From an uncultured Thermoleophilia bacterium (GTDB lineage Bacteria; Actinomycetota; Thermoleophilia; UBA2241), in assembly GCA_963702475.1 (NCBI GenBank), contig CAVPCT010000003.1, forward strand, positions 416,001 through 480,000: 64,000 bases of DNA, written 5' to 3'. Within the stretch, counting starts at the first letter, position 1. Each line of letters opens with the position of its first letter. This document shows, in pieces, positions 48,998 to 60,494 of the stretch. Position numbers and translations under genes: made by a program. The notes beneath the pieces are model-generated. The model searched no databases. It was given only the letters and a program-made list of their open reading frames with translations, and was not told where the DNA came from.

Positions 48998-49416
48998 TCA
49001 GTCGGGGACGGCGACGAGCGTGACATCGGTGCGGGAGAAGTCGTTGCCGACCGCCATCAGTGGTGCCCCCGCCTGCATCGCCTGCGCGTAGGAACAGCAG
49101 TCCACGATGTTCAGCCCCGCGGGGCGCCGGCCCTTGCCCCAACGCTCCAGGCCTCCGCGGCGAACACCGCCAGCTCGTGCGTGAGTGAGACGACCTCGAT
49201 GCCGAACGCATCCAGCAGCAGTCCAAACTCCGCCTGGCCGGCAGGGCCCAGCCGGGCGAGGCTGACGATCGTGCCCTCCAGCAGACAGGCCGCAGAGGCC
49301 CGCACTCGCTCCGGTTCTCTAGAATCCATGGAAGTCGACATCGAGCTCGGTCTCGTGTCCGGCGGACGACGCGGGGAGGACCCGAGCAGCGCGACGGGGT
49401 ACACTACTCCCGACAT
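48998..49416 (-). pseudogene. Degraded VapC/PIN toxin gene
   Basis: Fragments in three frames: SAACLLEGTIV...FGIEVV...AEAW / GKGRRPAGLNIVDCCSYA / PLMAVGNDFSRTDV. No antitoxin found. Confidence 0.72.
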
Positions 49417-49451
49417 ACGCAGACCGGCGGAGCGGACTCCCAAGTCAGCAA

Positions 49452-49612
49452 CCCAGCGCCTGGCCCGCGTGGTCGCGCCCCTCCGGGGCGCCGCACGCGG
49501 GTGACGAGGTGGAGGTTCATCGAAAGACTCGGCGGATGCCTCCCGGCCCGGCACGGTCGTGATCGAGTCGCCAAAACCCGCCGGCGACGGCGGAACAAAC
49601 CGGCTCGAAGGT
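49452..49612 (+). ncRNA. glmS ribozyme (GlcN6P-activated self-cleaving riboswitch)
   Basis: AGCGCC at 49455, P1 cccgcgtg/cacgcggg, then TGACGAGGTGGAGGTTCATCGA...TCGGCGGATGCCTCCCGG core and an A-rich P4 (aaaa...aacaaa); directly upstream of glmS; TACACT -10 box at 49400. Confidence 0.9.
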
Positions 49613-49665
49613 GCCGTCCGCAGCCCTGCCCATCTGCGCCCACACCCCGCGAGGGAGGGAGCGCC

Positions 49666-51513
<1,848 letters not shown>

Positions 51514-51609
51514 GGATCCCGGACCGGGAGGGCGACGGGGGTGGCCACGCGCAGGGCCGCCGTCGCCCCCGCCGCCTGCGGCGATGTCTGCGGCCCGCGC
51601 GGCCGCCCC

Positions 51610-51828
51610 TCACTCGGGACGGCCGAGCCGCAGTCGCAGGATGCCCAGCGCGATCGCCAGCTCGAGCAGCGCCAGCGCGGCCCAGCCGCAGCGTCGCGGG
51701 CCGCGCGCCCGGGCGGAGCGGGCCGCCAGGGCCGCTGCGGCTCCGGCCGCACCCGCCAGCGACAGCGCCCACACGGCCGGGTGTTCGGCCAGATAGCGGG
51801 GCGGGCCTTTCAGGTCGCGCCGCGTCAT
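51610..51828 (-). CDS. Small hypothetical membrane protein
   Basis: GAGGAGGAG SD; two hydrophobic stretches. Confidence 0.5.
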   Translation of the reverse strand: MTRRDLKGPPRYLAEHPAVWALSLAGAAGAAAALAARSARARGPRRCGWAALALLELAIALGILRLRLGRPE

Positions 51829-51873
51829 CGTCTCCTCCTCGTTGTCGCGCGTCGGGCCCGCACGACGAGGGCG

Positions 51874-52293
51874 TCACACCGCCCGCATGCGGTTGTTGCG
51901 CGGGTTGTGCTCGAGCTCGGCCAGGCCCAGGGCCTCGAGCAGCGGCGGCAGGTACATGCCGAAGCGGCCGCGGAGGCCCTTCCTGAGTCCGTACCAGCCG
52001 CCGACCGGGTTGTCGGGCGAGCGGCCCCACGCCTCCACGGTGCCCTCCGCGGCCGGCTTCTGCTCGTCGGCGGCGCCCAGGGGGACCCAGTCACCCAGCT
52101 CCTTCAGCCAGGCGTGCAGGTCGTCGATGGCGTTGAGACGGTAGGAGAGTGTGGTCTTGCCGACCACGCAGACGAGGGCGGGCGGGTCCGCCGCCTCGTC
52201 GCGGTACATCAGGTACTCGGAGCTGCCGGGCGGGGTCTTGAGGACCCAGGGGTCCTCTCTGGTGCCCGTCCCTGTCGCGGTGACGTCAGCCAT
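51874..52293 (-). CDS. Conserved hypothetical protein (DUF6855-like, from recall)
   Basis: GTREDPWVLKTPPG, LGAADEQK, WGRSPDNPVGGWYGLRKGLRGRFGMY; strong coding bias. Confidence 0.75.
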   Translation of the reverse strand: MADVTATGTGTREDPWVLKTPPGSSEYLMYRDEAADPPALVCVVGKTTLSYRLNAIDDLHAWLKELGDWVPLGAADEQKPAAEGTVEAWGRSPDNPVGGWYGLRKGLRGRFGMYLPPLLEALGLAELEHNPRNNRMRAV

Positions 52294-52384
52294 GGTCCGC
52301 ACCTTCGCTTTCGTGAGCGATGTGAGCCGTAGGGTACCCGGCTGCCGCACGTGCGCACACATCTATCGGCGAGCGAGGCCGGCG

Positions 52385-53062
52385 TCAAAGCCGGCGGAGG
52401 CGTTCGGTCCGCTTGGGGATCCCCGCCCGGACGGTGCGCCAGGTGTCGCCGTCGAGCACGTCGTACTCACGGAAACAGCAGAGGATGCCGCGCGCCGTCC
52501 GCGGGTCCCGCTCGTCCATCAGCTGGAAGTGGAGGTGCGGAGCCGTCGAGTTGCCGGAGTGGCCGACGGCGGCGACGACCTGACCTGCGGTGACCCGGTC
52601 TCCCGGCCGGACCCGCACCGAGCCGGTCTGCGCGTGGGCGTAGAGCACGAAGCCGTACTCGGATTCCACCATGACGTGGTTGCCGGTCAGCGGCCGGAAG
52701 TCCGTGAGCTTGTCGACGTCGAAGGTGAGGCCGTTGCGCAGGGCCACGGCCAAGTCGCGGACGGGGTGGACCGGGTCCCGCTCGGGCCAGCCGTCCTCGG
52801 CCTGCACCACCACACCGGGGGTCGCCGCGAGGATCGGCTCACCCCAGCCGAAGCAACCTCGCAGCGGGATGCCGGAGGTCAAGTACCGGAAGACCGAGTG
52901 TCGCGAGAGGCGCACGCCCTTCGATGCCTGCACGGTGCGCACGAAGTCATACGCGTATCGCTGCCCCAGCAGGTCGGTGCCGTGGCTCGGCACGCGCGTG
53001 CCCGGCGTGTTGGGAGTCCACCACTCGCCCCTCAACGGGAAGTCCACCACAACGGGTCCCAT
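52385..53062 (-). CDS. M23-family metallopeptidase
   Basis: RYAYDF, GNHVMV, LYAH and GHSGNSTAPHLHFQL motifs. Confidence 0.88.
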   Translation of the reverse strand: MGPVVVDFPLRGEWWTPNTPGTRVPSHGTDLLGQRYAYDFVRTVQASKGVRLSRHSVFRYLTSGIPLRGCFGWGEPILAATPGVVVQAEDGWPERDPVHPVRDLAVALRNGLTFDVDKLTDFRPLTGNHVMVESEYGFVLYAHAQTGSVRVRPGDRVTAGQVVAAVGHSGNSTAPHLHFQLMDERDPRTARGILCCFREYDVLDGDTWRTVRAGIPKRTERLRRL

Positions 53063-53170
53063 CGTCGGCTCCTCGCTCGCGAACGCGCCCTGCAGGCGGG
53101 TCAGTCCGCGTGGATACTACGCCCCTTCGCGGCGGGACGGCACGGCGAGCCGGGCGGATAGAATGGCGGG

Positions 53171-53611
53171 ATGGACGACCGGATCACAGAGAGGGCGGGC
53201 GGCGGGTTCCCTCAGATCCCGCCCGCCGGGCTGCTCTTGGGCCTCGGGATCGACGTGATCGAGGCCGCCCGCATCCGGCGCCTGCTCGAGCGCCTGCCGC
53301 GCGCCTATCAGCGTCTCTTCAGCGAGCAGGAGCGCGCGTACTGCGACCGTTTCTCGGACCCGTGGCCGCACTACGCCGCCCGCTTCGCCGCCAAGGAAGC
53401 GGTCGGCAAGGCCCTCGGCATCGGTATCATCGGGTTCGTGTGGCGAGAGGTGGAGGTGCTCTCCGGCGGCAAGCCGCTCATCGCCCTGCACGGCGACGTC
53501 GCCCGGATCGCCCGGCGCCTCGGCGTGACCCGCGTCGAGCTCTCACTCAGTCATACAGGCGGCATGGCCTACGCCGTGGCCGCCGCCCTCAAGGAGGACG
53601 CGCGTGGATGA
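53171..53611 (+). CDS. acpS: Holo-[acyl-carrier-protein] synthase
   Basis: GLGIDVI, AARFAAKEAVGKALG and LSLSH; TAGAAT 6 nt upstream of the ATG (leaderless). Confidence 0.94.
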   Translation: MDDRITERAGGGFPQIPPAGLLLGLGIDVIEAARIRRLLERLPRAYQRLFSEQERAYCDRFSDPWPHYAARFAAKEAVGKALGIGIIGFVWREVEVLSGGKPLIALHGDVARIARRLGVTRVELSLSHTGGMAYAVAAALKEDARG

Positions 53612-55184
53612 GTCCCTGCTGCTCCCGCTCTACACCGGCGACCTGATGCGCAAGGTCGACGGCACCGCGATCCACGGCGTCGGCATCCCCGGCGGCCACC
53701 TCATGGAGCGTGCCGGCCTGGCCGTCGCGACGGAGATCCTCGACCGCTACGATCCGGACGAGGCCGTCGTCTTCGCCGGCAAGGGCAACAACGGCGGGGA
53801 CGGCTTCGTCGTGGCGCGCGAGCTGTTCAACGCCGGCGTCGAGGTGACGGTGTTCGTCCTGGCGGCGCCGGACGAGTACAAGGACGACGCCGGCCTCAAC
53901 CTGCTCGTCCTGGAGCAGCTGGGTGTGGACGTGCTGCCGGCTGCGGACGACGCCGGGGAGCTGCACGAGGGCGTCGTCTCGCTCACCGAGATGGCCGACG
54001 TGGTGGTGGACGCCATCTTCGGGACCGGATTCACCGGCGCCGCCAAGGGCCCCGCCGCGCTGGCCATAGAGCTCATCAACGAGGCGCCCGGCGCCGTGGT
54101 GAGCGTGGACATCGCCAGCGGTGTGGGCGCCGACGCTGGCGCCGTGCACGGGCCGGCGGTGGCGGCCGACCTCACCGTGGCGCTGCACGCCGCCAAGGTC
54201 GGCCACTTCGTCACTCCCGGCGGAGCGTTCAGCGGCGAAGTGGTGGTGGTGCCCATCGGCATCCCGCCGCTGTGCGATCACGACACGGACGTGTGGCTGC
54301 TCACGGCCGAGGGCGTCGCCGGGCTGGTCGTGCCCAAGAGCTCGCTCGACCACAAACGTTCCGTCGGCACCGTGCTCGTCGTGGGCGGCTCGCGCGGCAT
54401 GACCGGGGCGGCGCACATGGCCGCCTTCTCGGCGCTGCGCGCCGGCGCCGGGCTCGTACACGCCGCCCTGCCGCAGGGCGCGGGCGGCGAGAAGCCGTTC
54501 ATGGAGGTGATCACCGTCGAGGTGCCCGGTGAGGACGGGCAGTTCTCGCTGGAGGCGAGGCCGGCGCTGGCGGAGCAGGCCGCCGGCCTCAAGGCCATGG
54601 CCGTCGGCCCCGGCCTCGGCCGCACCGACGGCGCCCGGCTGCTGGTCAGAGAACTGCTGAGCCTCGACCGGCCGCTGCTGCTGGACGCCGACGGCCTGTG
54701 GGCCATGGGCGGCAAGCTCGAGCTGCTCGCGGAGCGTACGCAGCCGACGGTGCTCACGCCGCACGAGGGCGAGCTGGGCCGCCTGCTCGGCCGCCCGGCG
54801 GACGAGGTCGCGGCCCAGCGGCTCGTGTGCGCCCGCTCCGCCGCGCAGCGCAGCGGCGCGACGGTGGTCCTCAAGGGCGAGGCGACCATCGTCGCCGACC
54901 CGTCGGGACACTGTTACGTCGTCCCGACCGGCAACCCCGGCCTCGCCACGCCGGGCACGGGCGACGTGCTCACCGGCATCATCGCGGCGCAGCTGGCCAA
55001 GGGCATGAGCGGTACTGAGGCGGCCTGCCTGGGCGCCTACGTGCACGGGTTCGCCGCCGACCTCGCGTCTGAGCAGGTGGGGACCGAGGGTATGGTGGCA
55101 AGCGACGTCATCGAATCACTGCCGGCGGCCGTGGAGCGGCTCAAGGCCGGCCCGGAGGAGGAAGAAGGGCATGAGCACCACTGA
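53604..55184 (+). CDS. nnr: Bifunctional NAD(P)H-hydrate epimerase/dehydratase
   Basis: LMERAG, GKGNNGGDG, DAIFGTG; GPGLG, LTPHEGE and LATPGTGDVLTG motifs. Confidence 0.94.
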   Translation: MDESLLLPLYTGDLMRKVDGTAIHGVGIPGGHLMERAGLAVATEILDRYDPDEAVVFAGKGNNGGDGFVVARELFNAGVEVTVFVLAAPDEYKDDAGLNLLVLEQLGVDVLPAADDAGELHEGVVSLTEMADVVVDAIFGTGFTGAAKGPAALAIELINEAPGAVVSVDIASGVGADAGAVHGPAVAADLTVALHAAKVGHFVTPGGAFSGEVVVVPIGIPPLCDHDTDVWLLTAEGVAGLVVPKSSLDHKRSVGTVLVVGGSRGMTGAAHMAAFSALRAGAGLVHAALPQGAGGEKPFMEVITVEVPGEDGQFSLEARPALAEQAAGLKAMAVGPGLGRTDGARLLVRELLSLDRPLLLDADGLWAMGGKLELLAERTQPTVLTPHEGELGRLLGRPADEVAAQRLVCARSAAQRSGATVVLKGEATIVADPSGHCYVVPTGNPGLATPGTGDVLTGIIAAQLAKGMSGTEAACLGAYVHGFAADLASEQVGTEGMVASDVIESLPAAVERLKAGPEEEEGHEHH

Positions 55185-55719
55185 ACCGCCCGTCGAGGGC
55201 GCTGCGCCGGTCGAGGACGAGGAGTACACCGGCGAGGCCGATGCGGGCGAGACCGAAGACGCCGAGGCTCTCGTGCGCGACATCATGACCGCGCCGGTCA
55301 TCACCGTGGGTCCCGACATGTCCGTCAAGGACCTCGCCGCCCTGTTCCGCGAGCAGCGCGTCGGCGGAGTCCCCGTCGTCCAGGACGGCAGGCTCATCGG
55401 CATGGTCACCGAGGGCGACATGATGGCCATGGACGCCGACATCCAGTACCCGCACTGGTTCGAGCTGTTCGACAGCGTCATCTACCTGGGCAGCCAGAAG
55501 AAGTTCAAAGCGCAGCTGGAGAAGGCCGCCGCCGCCAACGTCGAACAGCTCATGACGCACCGCGAGAAGGTGATGACCGTCGGGCCGGACGACCCGGCAC
55601 GCCAGGCCGCCAACCTCATGGTGAAGCACCACTTCGACCGTGTCCCCGTTGTGGACGAGGACGACGACCTGTTGGGGCTGGTCACGCGGCACGACATCAT
55701 GAAGCTCATCGGGCTCTGA
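55171..55719 (+). CDS. CBS domain pair protein
   Basis: VRDIMT...GGVPVV...GMVTEGD; VPVVD...GLVTRHD. Confidence 0.9.
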   Translation: MSTTEPPVEGAAPVEDEEYTGEADAGETEDAEALVRDIMTAPVITVGPDMSVKDLAALFREQRVGGVPVVQDGRLIGMVTEGDMMAMDADIQYPHWFELFDSVIYLGSQKKFKAQLEKAAAANVEQLMTHREKVMTVGPDDPARQAANLMVKHHFDRVPVVDEDDDLLGLVTRHDIMKLIGL

Positions 55720-55720
55720 G

Positions 55721-56935
55721 ATGCTGGCCGGGTGCGAGCGTGCCCTGGCGGAGGTCGACCTCGAGGCGGTCCGCCACAACGTCCGGCGGCTGAGCAGTGG
55801 CCTGCCGGTCGGAGGGCGGCTGTGCGCCGTGGTCAAGGCCGACGGTTACGGGCACGGGGCTGTGCCGGTGGCCGGCGCGGCGCTCGAGGCCGGCGCGGCC
55901 TGGCTCGGGGTGTCCACGGCCGGCGAGGCGGAGGAGCTCCGCGCAGCCGGCCTGACCGCTCCCGTGCTCGTGTTCGGCCCGATGACGGGCCTCGACCTGG
56001 CGCGGGCCGTGGCGGCCGGCGCCGAGGTGGTCGTGTGGTCGGCCAGGTTCCTGGAGGCGGCACGCCGCCGCAAGGCTCGCGTGCACGTCAAGTACAACTC
56101 CGGGATGGGCCGGCTCGGCGTGGGCGAGGAGAAGACCCGCATGCTCTGTGCCGCGGCGGCCGCGGACGGGCTGCTCGCGGGCCTGATGAGCCACTTCGCC
56201 ACCGCCGATGAGGCGGACAGCGGCTTCTTCGAGGAGCAGCTGGCGCGGTTCACCGCGCTCGCCGGCGAACTGAAAGCGCTGTACCCGGACCTGCTCTGTC
56301 ACACGGCGAACAGCGCGGCGGTGCTGCGCGCGCCGCGCTCCCACTTCGACATGGTGCGCACCGGCATCGCGATGTACGGGCTGGCGCCGTCCAACGACGA
56401 CCCGTTCAAGGACGGGCTGCGGCCGGCGATGAAGCTCAGCTCCTACGTGGCGGCGGTGCGTCTGGTAGAACCGGGCGAGTCGGTCGGCTACGGTCGCCGG
56501 TTCATCGCCGACGAGCCGGCGCGGGTGGCGATCGTGCCGATCGGCTACGCCGACGGGGTGCGCCGAGCTCTGACGAACCGCGGGGATGTGCTGGTCGCCG
56601 GGAGGCGGTGTCGCATCACCGGCACCGTGAGCATGGACCAGCTCACCGTGCGCCTGCCCGAGGACTGGGGCGGGCCCGGGGACGAAGTCGTGTTCTTCGG
56701 CGCAGCCGGGGACGGCGGACGGCTCGGCCTGTCCGCGCCGAACGCCGCCGGCGGCCCGGGGCCGCGCGCGGACGCGCCCGACGCGGCGCGCATCCTGTGC
56801 GAGGAGGTCGCGCGGGTGCTCGAGACGATCAACTACGAGGTGGCCTGCGACGTCGGGGCGCGGGTGGCGCGCCGCTACCGCGGCGTGGAGCCCGCGCCGG
56901 GCGCCGGATCCAGCGCCGCCGGCCCGCCCGCCTGA
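55721..56935 (+). CDS. alr: Alanine racemase
   Basis: AVVKADGYGHG, SGMGRLG, SHFATAD, IGYADG, GTVSMDQ and TINYE motifs. Confidence 0.96.
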   Translation: MLAGCERALAEVDLEAVRHNVRRLSSGLPVGGRLCAVVKADGYGHGAVPVAGAALEAGAAWLGVSTAGEAEELRAAGLTAPVLVFGPMTGLDLARAVAAGAEVVVWSARFLEAARRRKARVHVKYNSGMGRLGVGEEKTRMLCAAAAADGLLAGLMSHFATADEADSGFFEEQLARFTALAGELKALYPDLLCHTANSAAVLRAPRSHFDMVRTGIAMYGLAPSNDDPFKDGLRPAMKLSSYVAAVRLVEPGESVGYGRRFIADEPARVAIVPIGYADGVRRALTNRGDVLVAGRRCRITGTVSMDQLTVRLPEDWGGPGDEVVFFGAAGDGGRLGLSAPNAAGGPGPRADAPDAARILCEEVARVLETINYEVACDVGARVARRYRGVEPAPGAGSSAAGPPA

Positions 56936-56942
56936 GGTAGCC

Positions 56943-58577
56943 GTGCCTGGCCTGCCTGAAGGGGGAACGCGCCCGCCGTCACCCGACGAGGTGACGGTGG
57001 CGGCACGCGCCTGCCTCGGTCCCGGTGAGGCCGGCTGGCTGGTCGGCGGATGCCTGCGTGACGAGCTGCTCGGGCGCGCCTCCGGTGACGTCGACGTCGT
57101 CGTGGACGGCGACCCCGAGCGATTCGCGCGCGCGCTGGCCGGCCGCCTCGGCGGCCCCCTGTTCGCCTCGTCCGACGCGTTCGGCACGTGGCGTGTCCTC
57201 GTTGCCGGCGCCCACGTCGACGTTGCACCGCTGCGCGCCCTCCCGGTGAGCGCTGAGAACGGCGAGCCGGGTCGTGACGCGCGCAGATCCGCCGGGCGGG
57301 CCGGCGAAGCCTCGCCCGCGTCTCGCAGCGCCCGTCTCGAGGCCGACCTGCGCCTGCGCGACTTCACCGTGGACGCGCTGGCGCGGCCGCTCGAGGGCGG
57401 CGGCATCGTCGACCCGCTCAACGGCCTCGACGACCTGGCCGCACGCCGGCTGCGGCTGTGCTCGCCCGGCGCGCTCGAGAGCGACCCGCTGCGCGTGCTT
57501 CGTCTCGCGCGCCTCGCGCGGCACCACGGTCTCGTCCCCGACCACGTCGCGACCACTGCGGCCGTGGCAGCCGCCCCGCTGCTCACCCAGGTCAGCGGCG
57601 AGCGCGTGCGAGACGAGCTCTCGGCGATCCTCGCGGGTCCCGACGCGGCCGTCTCCTTCCGCGACCTCGCCGTGTGGGGCGCGCTCGCCTTCGTCCTTCC
57701 CGAGGTCGACGCGCTCCGCGGGGTCGAGCAGAACCCGTACCACCACCTCGACGTGTTCGAGCACACGCTCGAAGCGCTCACCTTCGTGGACGGCGTCGTC
57801 AAGCAGCTCGGGGGCGAGTCGCACCTCACCTCTCCCGAGGAGGCAGGGCTCCCAGGGGTCGCCCCGCTGGTCCCCGTCACCTGGGCCGTGCTGCTGCACG
57901 ACATCGGCAAGCCGGTGGTCAAGGTGGTTGACGAGCAAGGACGCATCATCTTCTGGCACCACGACGAGGCCGGCCGCCGGATGGGGCAGGAGATCGCCGC
58001 CCGCTTGCGTATGAGCCACCGTTTCGCTCAGTACCTGGGGACCCTGATCAGGCAGCACCTGCGCCTCGGGTTCCTCATCCGCGAGCACCCCCTGACGCGC
58101 CGGGCCCTGGCTCGGTACCGTCGCGACGTGAGCCCGTGGGTGTTCGAATCGGTGGTGGTCTCGCTGTGCGACCGCCTGGCGACGCGGGGGGAGAAGACGC
58201 CCGCGGTGTCGATGGCGCGGCACTACCGCGTGGCGCGGTCGGTGTGGACGGCCGTGAGCAAGGCGCCGGTGCCGCAGGTGCTCAGCGGCGACGACGTGAT
58301 GGAGGTGCTCGGTATCGAGCCCGGTCCGGCGGTCGGCCAGGCGCTGGACGCCCTCGAGGAAGAGCTGGAAGCCGGCGAGGTGCTCACGGAGGACGAGGCG
58401 CGCGTCTTCCTGCTGGCGTGGTGGGAGCGGGAGAGCGAGGAGCCGGGCGAAGAGGAGGACGCGGCCGGCAGGCCAGGCAGTGGCGGGACCGTGGGCGGAA
58501 GACCCGGCGGCCGGCCTGCTGGACCCGGCCCGCCCGGAGGATCCGGCGGCCGGCCCGAAGGCGGACCAGATGCCTGA
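56943..58577 (+). CDS. tRNA nucleotidyltransferase / poly(A) polymerase family protein with HD domain
   Basis: LVGGCLRD...DVDVV, RDFTVDALA, DPLRVLR, QNPYHHLDVFEHT and LLHDIGK motifs. Confidence 0.88.
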   Translation: MPGLPEGGTRPPSPDEVTVAARACLGPGEAGWLVGGCLRDELLGRASGDVDVVVDGDPERFARALAGRLGGPLFASSDAFGTWRVLVAGAHVDVAPLRALPVSAENGEPGRDARRSAGRAGEASPASRSARLEADLRLRDFTVDALARPLEGGGIVDPLNGLDDLAARRLRLCSPGALESDPLRVLRLARLARHHGLVPDHVATTAAVAAAPLLTQVSGERVRDELSAILAGPDAAVSFRDLAVWGALAFVLPEVDALRGVEQNPYHHLDVFEHTLEALTFVDGVVKQLGGESHLTSPEEAGLPGVAPLVPVTWAVLLHDIGKPVVKVVDEQGRIIFWHHDEAGRRMGQEIAARLRMSHRFAQYLGTLIRQHLRLGFLIREHPLTRRALARYRRDVSPWVFESVVVSLCDRLATRGEKTPAVSMARHYRVARSVWTAVSKAPVPQVLSGDDVMEVLGIEPGPAVGQALDALEEELEAGEVLTEDEARVFLLAWWERESEEPGEEEDAAGRPGSGGTVGGRPGGRPAGPGPPGGSGGRPEGGPDA

Positions 58578-59568
58578 GCTTCCCGAGGTCGAGACCGTCC
58601 GGCGCAGGCTGATGACCTGTCTGCCGGGGCTCCTGGTGCGCGATGTGGTCGTGAACGATGCGACGGTGAGCGAGCAGGGCGAGGCGGAGCTCCGCGCCCT
58701 GCTCAGACGCCGCCGAGTCACCGGCCTGCGGCGGCGCGGCAAGTACCTGATCGTCGACCTGGGGCCGCGGGAGGACGAGGCGGCCGGCGGTACTTCGCCC
58801 GCCGGCCCTGCTCTGCCTGCCGGTCCAGCTTCGCCCGCCGGCCTCGCTGGGCCCGCCGGCCCCACCGTCGCCGTCATCCACCTGCGCATGACCGGCCAGC
58901 TGCTCTTTCGCCCGGAGCCGGGCGACCGTCCGCCGCGCTTCGTCTGGCGGCTCGAGCCGGACACCGATCTGCAGTTCCAGGATGTGCGCCGCTTCGGCCG
59001 CCTCTGGGCGTTTCCACCCGAGGCCGAGGAGGGCTTCTTCGCCGGCATGGGTCCGGAGCCGTTCTCGGCCGCGTTCACGGTCGCACACCTGCTGGAGGCG
59101 GCGCACGGGCGTCAGGCGCCGCTCAAGTCGTTCCTGCTCGACCAGCGGCGCGTCGCCGGTGTCGGCAACATCTACGCCGACGAAGCGCTGTTCCGGGCCC
59201 GCCTGCACCCGCTGCGGGCGGCAGGGTCTGTGGGGCCGCGTGAGGCGCGTCGCCTGCACGCGGCCCTGCTCGAGACCCTGCAGGACGGTATCGACCACGA
59301 GGGGTCGTCGATCGAGAGCTTCATCGACCCGGCCGGGCGCCGGGGCAGCTTCCAGGAGATGCTCAACGTCTACCAGCGCACCGGGCAGCCGTGCCGGGTG
59401 TGCGGGACGACCGTCCGGCGACTGGAGGTGGGCGGCAGGGGGACGCACTACTGCCCGTCGTGCCAGCCGCGCCGCGGCGGCATGTCGCGTGGTTCGCGGC
59501 GGCTGCGCGGCAGCTCTGTGCCGCCGCGCAGCGGCAAGCCCCCCGACTGGGCGTCCCCGGAGCGGTGA
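58570..59568 (+). CDS. mutM: Formamidopyrimidine-DNA glycosylase
   Basis: MPELPEVE, RRGKYL, HLRMTG, GVGNIYADE and the CRVC...CPSC zinc finger; a PAG-rich insertion at ~58780-58865. Confidence 0.95.
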   Translation: MPELPEVETVRRRLMTCLPGLLVRDVVVNDATVSEQGEAELRALLRRRRVTGLRRRGKYLIVDLGPREDEAAGGTSPAGPALPAGPASPAGLAGPAGPTVAVIHLRMTGQLLFRPEPGDRPPRFVWRLEPDTDLQFQDVRRFGRLWAFPPEAEEGFFAGMGPEPFSAAFTVAHLLEAAHGRQAPLKSFLLDQRRVAGVGNIYADEALFRARLHPLRAAGSVGPREARRLHAALLETLQDGIDHEGSSIESFIDPAGRRGSFQEMLNVYQRTGQPCRVCGTTVRRLEVGGRGTHYCPSCQPRRGGMSRGSRRLRGSSVPPRSGKPPDWASPER

Positions 59569-60083
59569 GGGCCGGCGCCGGGGACGGCCCAGGCCGCGTG
59601 TCCGGACCGGAATCACCGGCCGGCGCGGGCGCTGCGCCTCCCCTCTACATCGTGTTGACCTACGTGCCGCGCCGCACGGTCATCGTGATCGGCGAGAAGG
59701 GGCCGCAGGCGTTCCCCCGCGGCTGGTACACGTATGTGGGCAGCGCCGTGCGGGCGCGCGAGGCGCGCGTGGCCCGCCACCTCGCGCGCGAGAAACCGCT
59801 GCGCTGGCACGCCGACTACCTGTTCGCCGCCGTTCCGGCGAGGGCCGCGTGGCTGGTCGACGGCGCTCGCGGTGAGTGCGGGCTGGCCGGCGCCCTGGCG
59901 GCACTGCCCGGCGCGGAGCGCCGTCCGGCCCGCTTCGGCGCCGGCGACTGCCGATGTGCCGGGCACCTCGTGCGCTTTGCGCGCCGGCCCCGGCGCCCTG
60001 ACCTGGCGGCCGCGGCGCACGCCGCCGGCGCCCTGCCCGCCGGCGCCGTGCGACGCTTTCGCGCCACTCACCCGGCGCCCTGA
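59565..60083 (+). CDS. DUF123 / GIY-YIG (Uri-superfamily) protein
   Basis: GWYTYVGSA, RVARH, RWHADYL, EC and FGAGDCRCAGHL motifs. Confidence 0.82.
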   Translation: MRAGAGDGPGRVSGPESPAGAGAAPPLYIVLTYVPRRTVIVIGEKGPQAFPRGWYTYVGSAVRAREARVARHLAREKPLRWHADYLFAAVPARAAWLVDGARGECGLAGALAALPGAERRPARFGAGDCRCAGHLVRFARRPRRPDLAAAAHAAGALPAGAVRRFRATHPAP

Positions 60084-60225
60084 CCGCTCACCGGCGCCGC
60101 GCGCCGGCCGCGTGGCGCCCACGCCTGCCTTGCGTTGGCCCAGCAAGCGGTCGTGATGAGCGTCGGTACCCATGCTGCCTGGGCCATCGTACCTAGAACG
60201 TCTGTCTACTCGCGCCCGCCATCTC

Positions 60226-60252
60226 TAAAGTCGTGGCCCCAGTTGCCGATGC
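60226..60252 (+). promoter_or_regulatory. Sigma28 (FliA/SigD/WhiG)-type promoter candidate
   Basis: TAAA-N15-GCCGATG (TAAAGTCG...GCCGATGC) about 240 nt upstream of the TasA-like gene. Confidence 0.55.
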
Positions 60253-60494
60253 CTTGCTCGCGCTGCCATCCAGGCTGCGTGCGACGGTCGCCGTCCGGAG
60301 TGAGCGCCAGTCTGGCGCCTTGGAGCGCCGATGGACGCTGGGTCCGGCGAACGTCCGCGAAGGGCCCGTGAGGGCTCGGGCGGCCGGTGCCGGACAGGAC
60401 TCCGCAGCCGAAAGGGCGACGCTGGTCGTCGGTTCGAAGCAGGGTGTCCGCGCCGGCGACAGAACGTAACTGACGGATCGGACTTGGAGGTCAG

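Noticed and set aside
60220-60440. c-di-GMP-I riboswitch upstream of the TasA-like gene
   Set aside because: Only a vague 3'-half resemblance (ctaaag...cagttgccg); the GGCAAA...GACGCAAA P2 signature is missing, and the segment fits a sigma28 promoter better.
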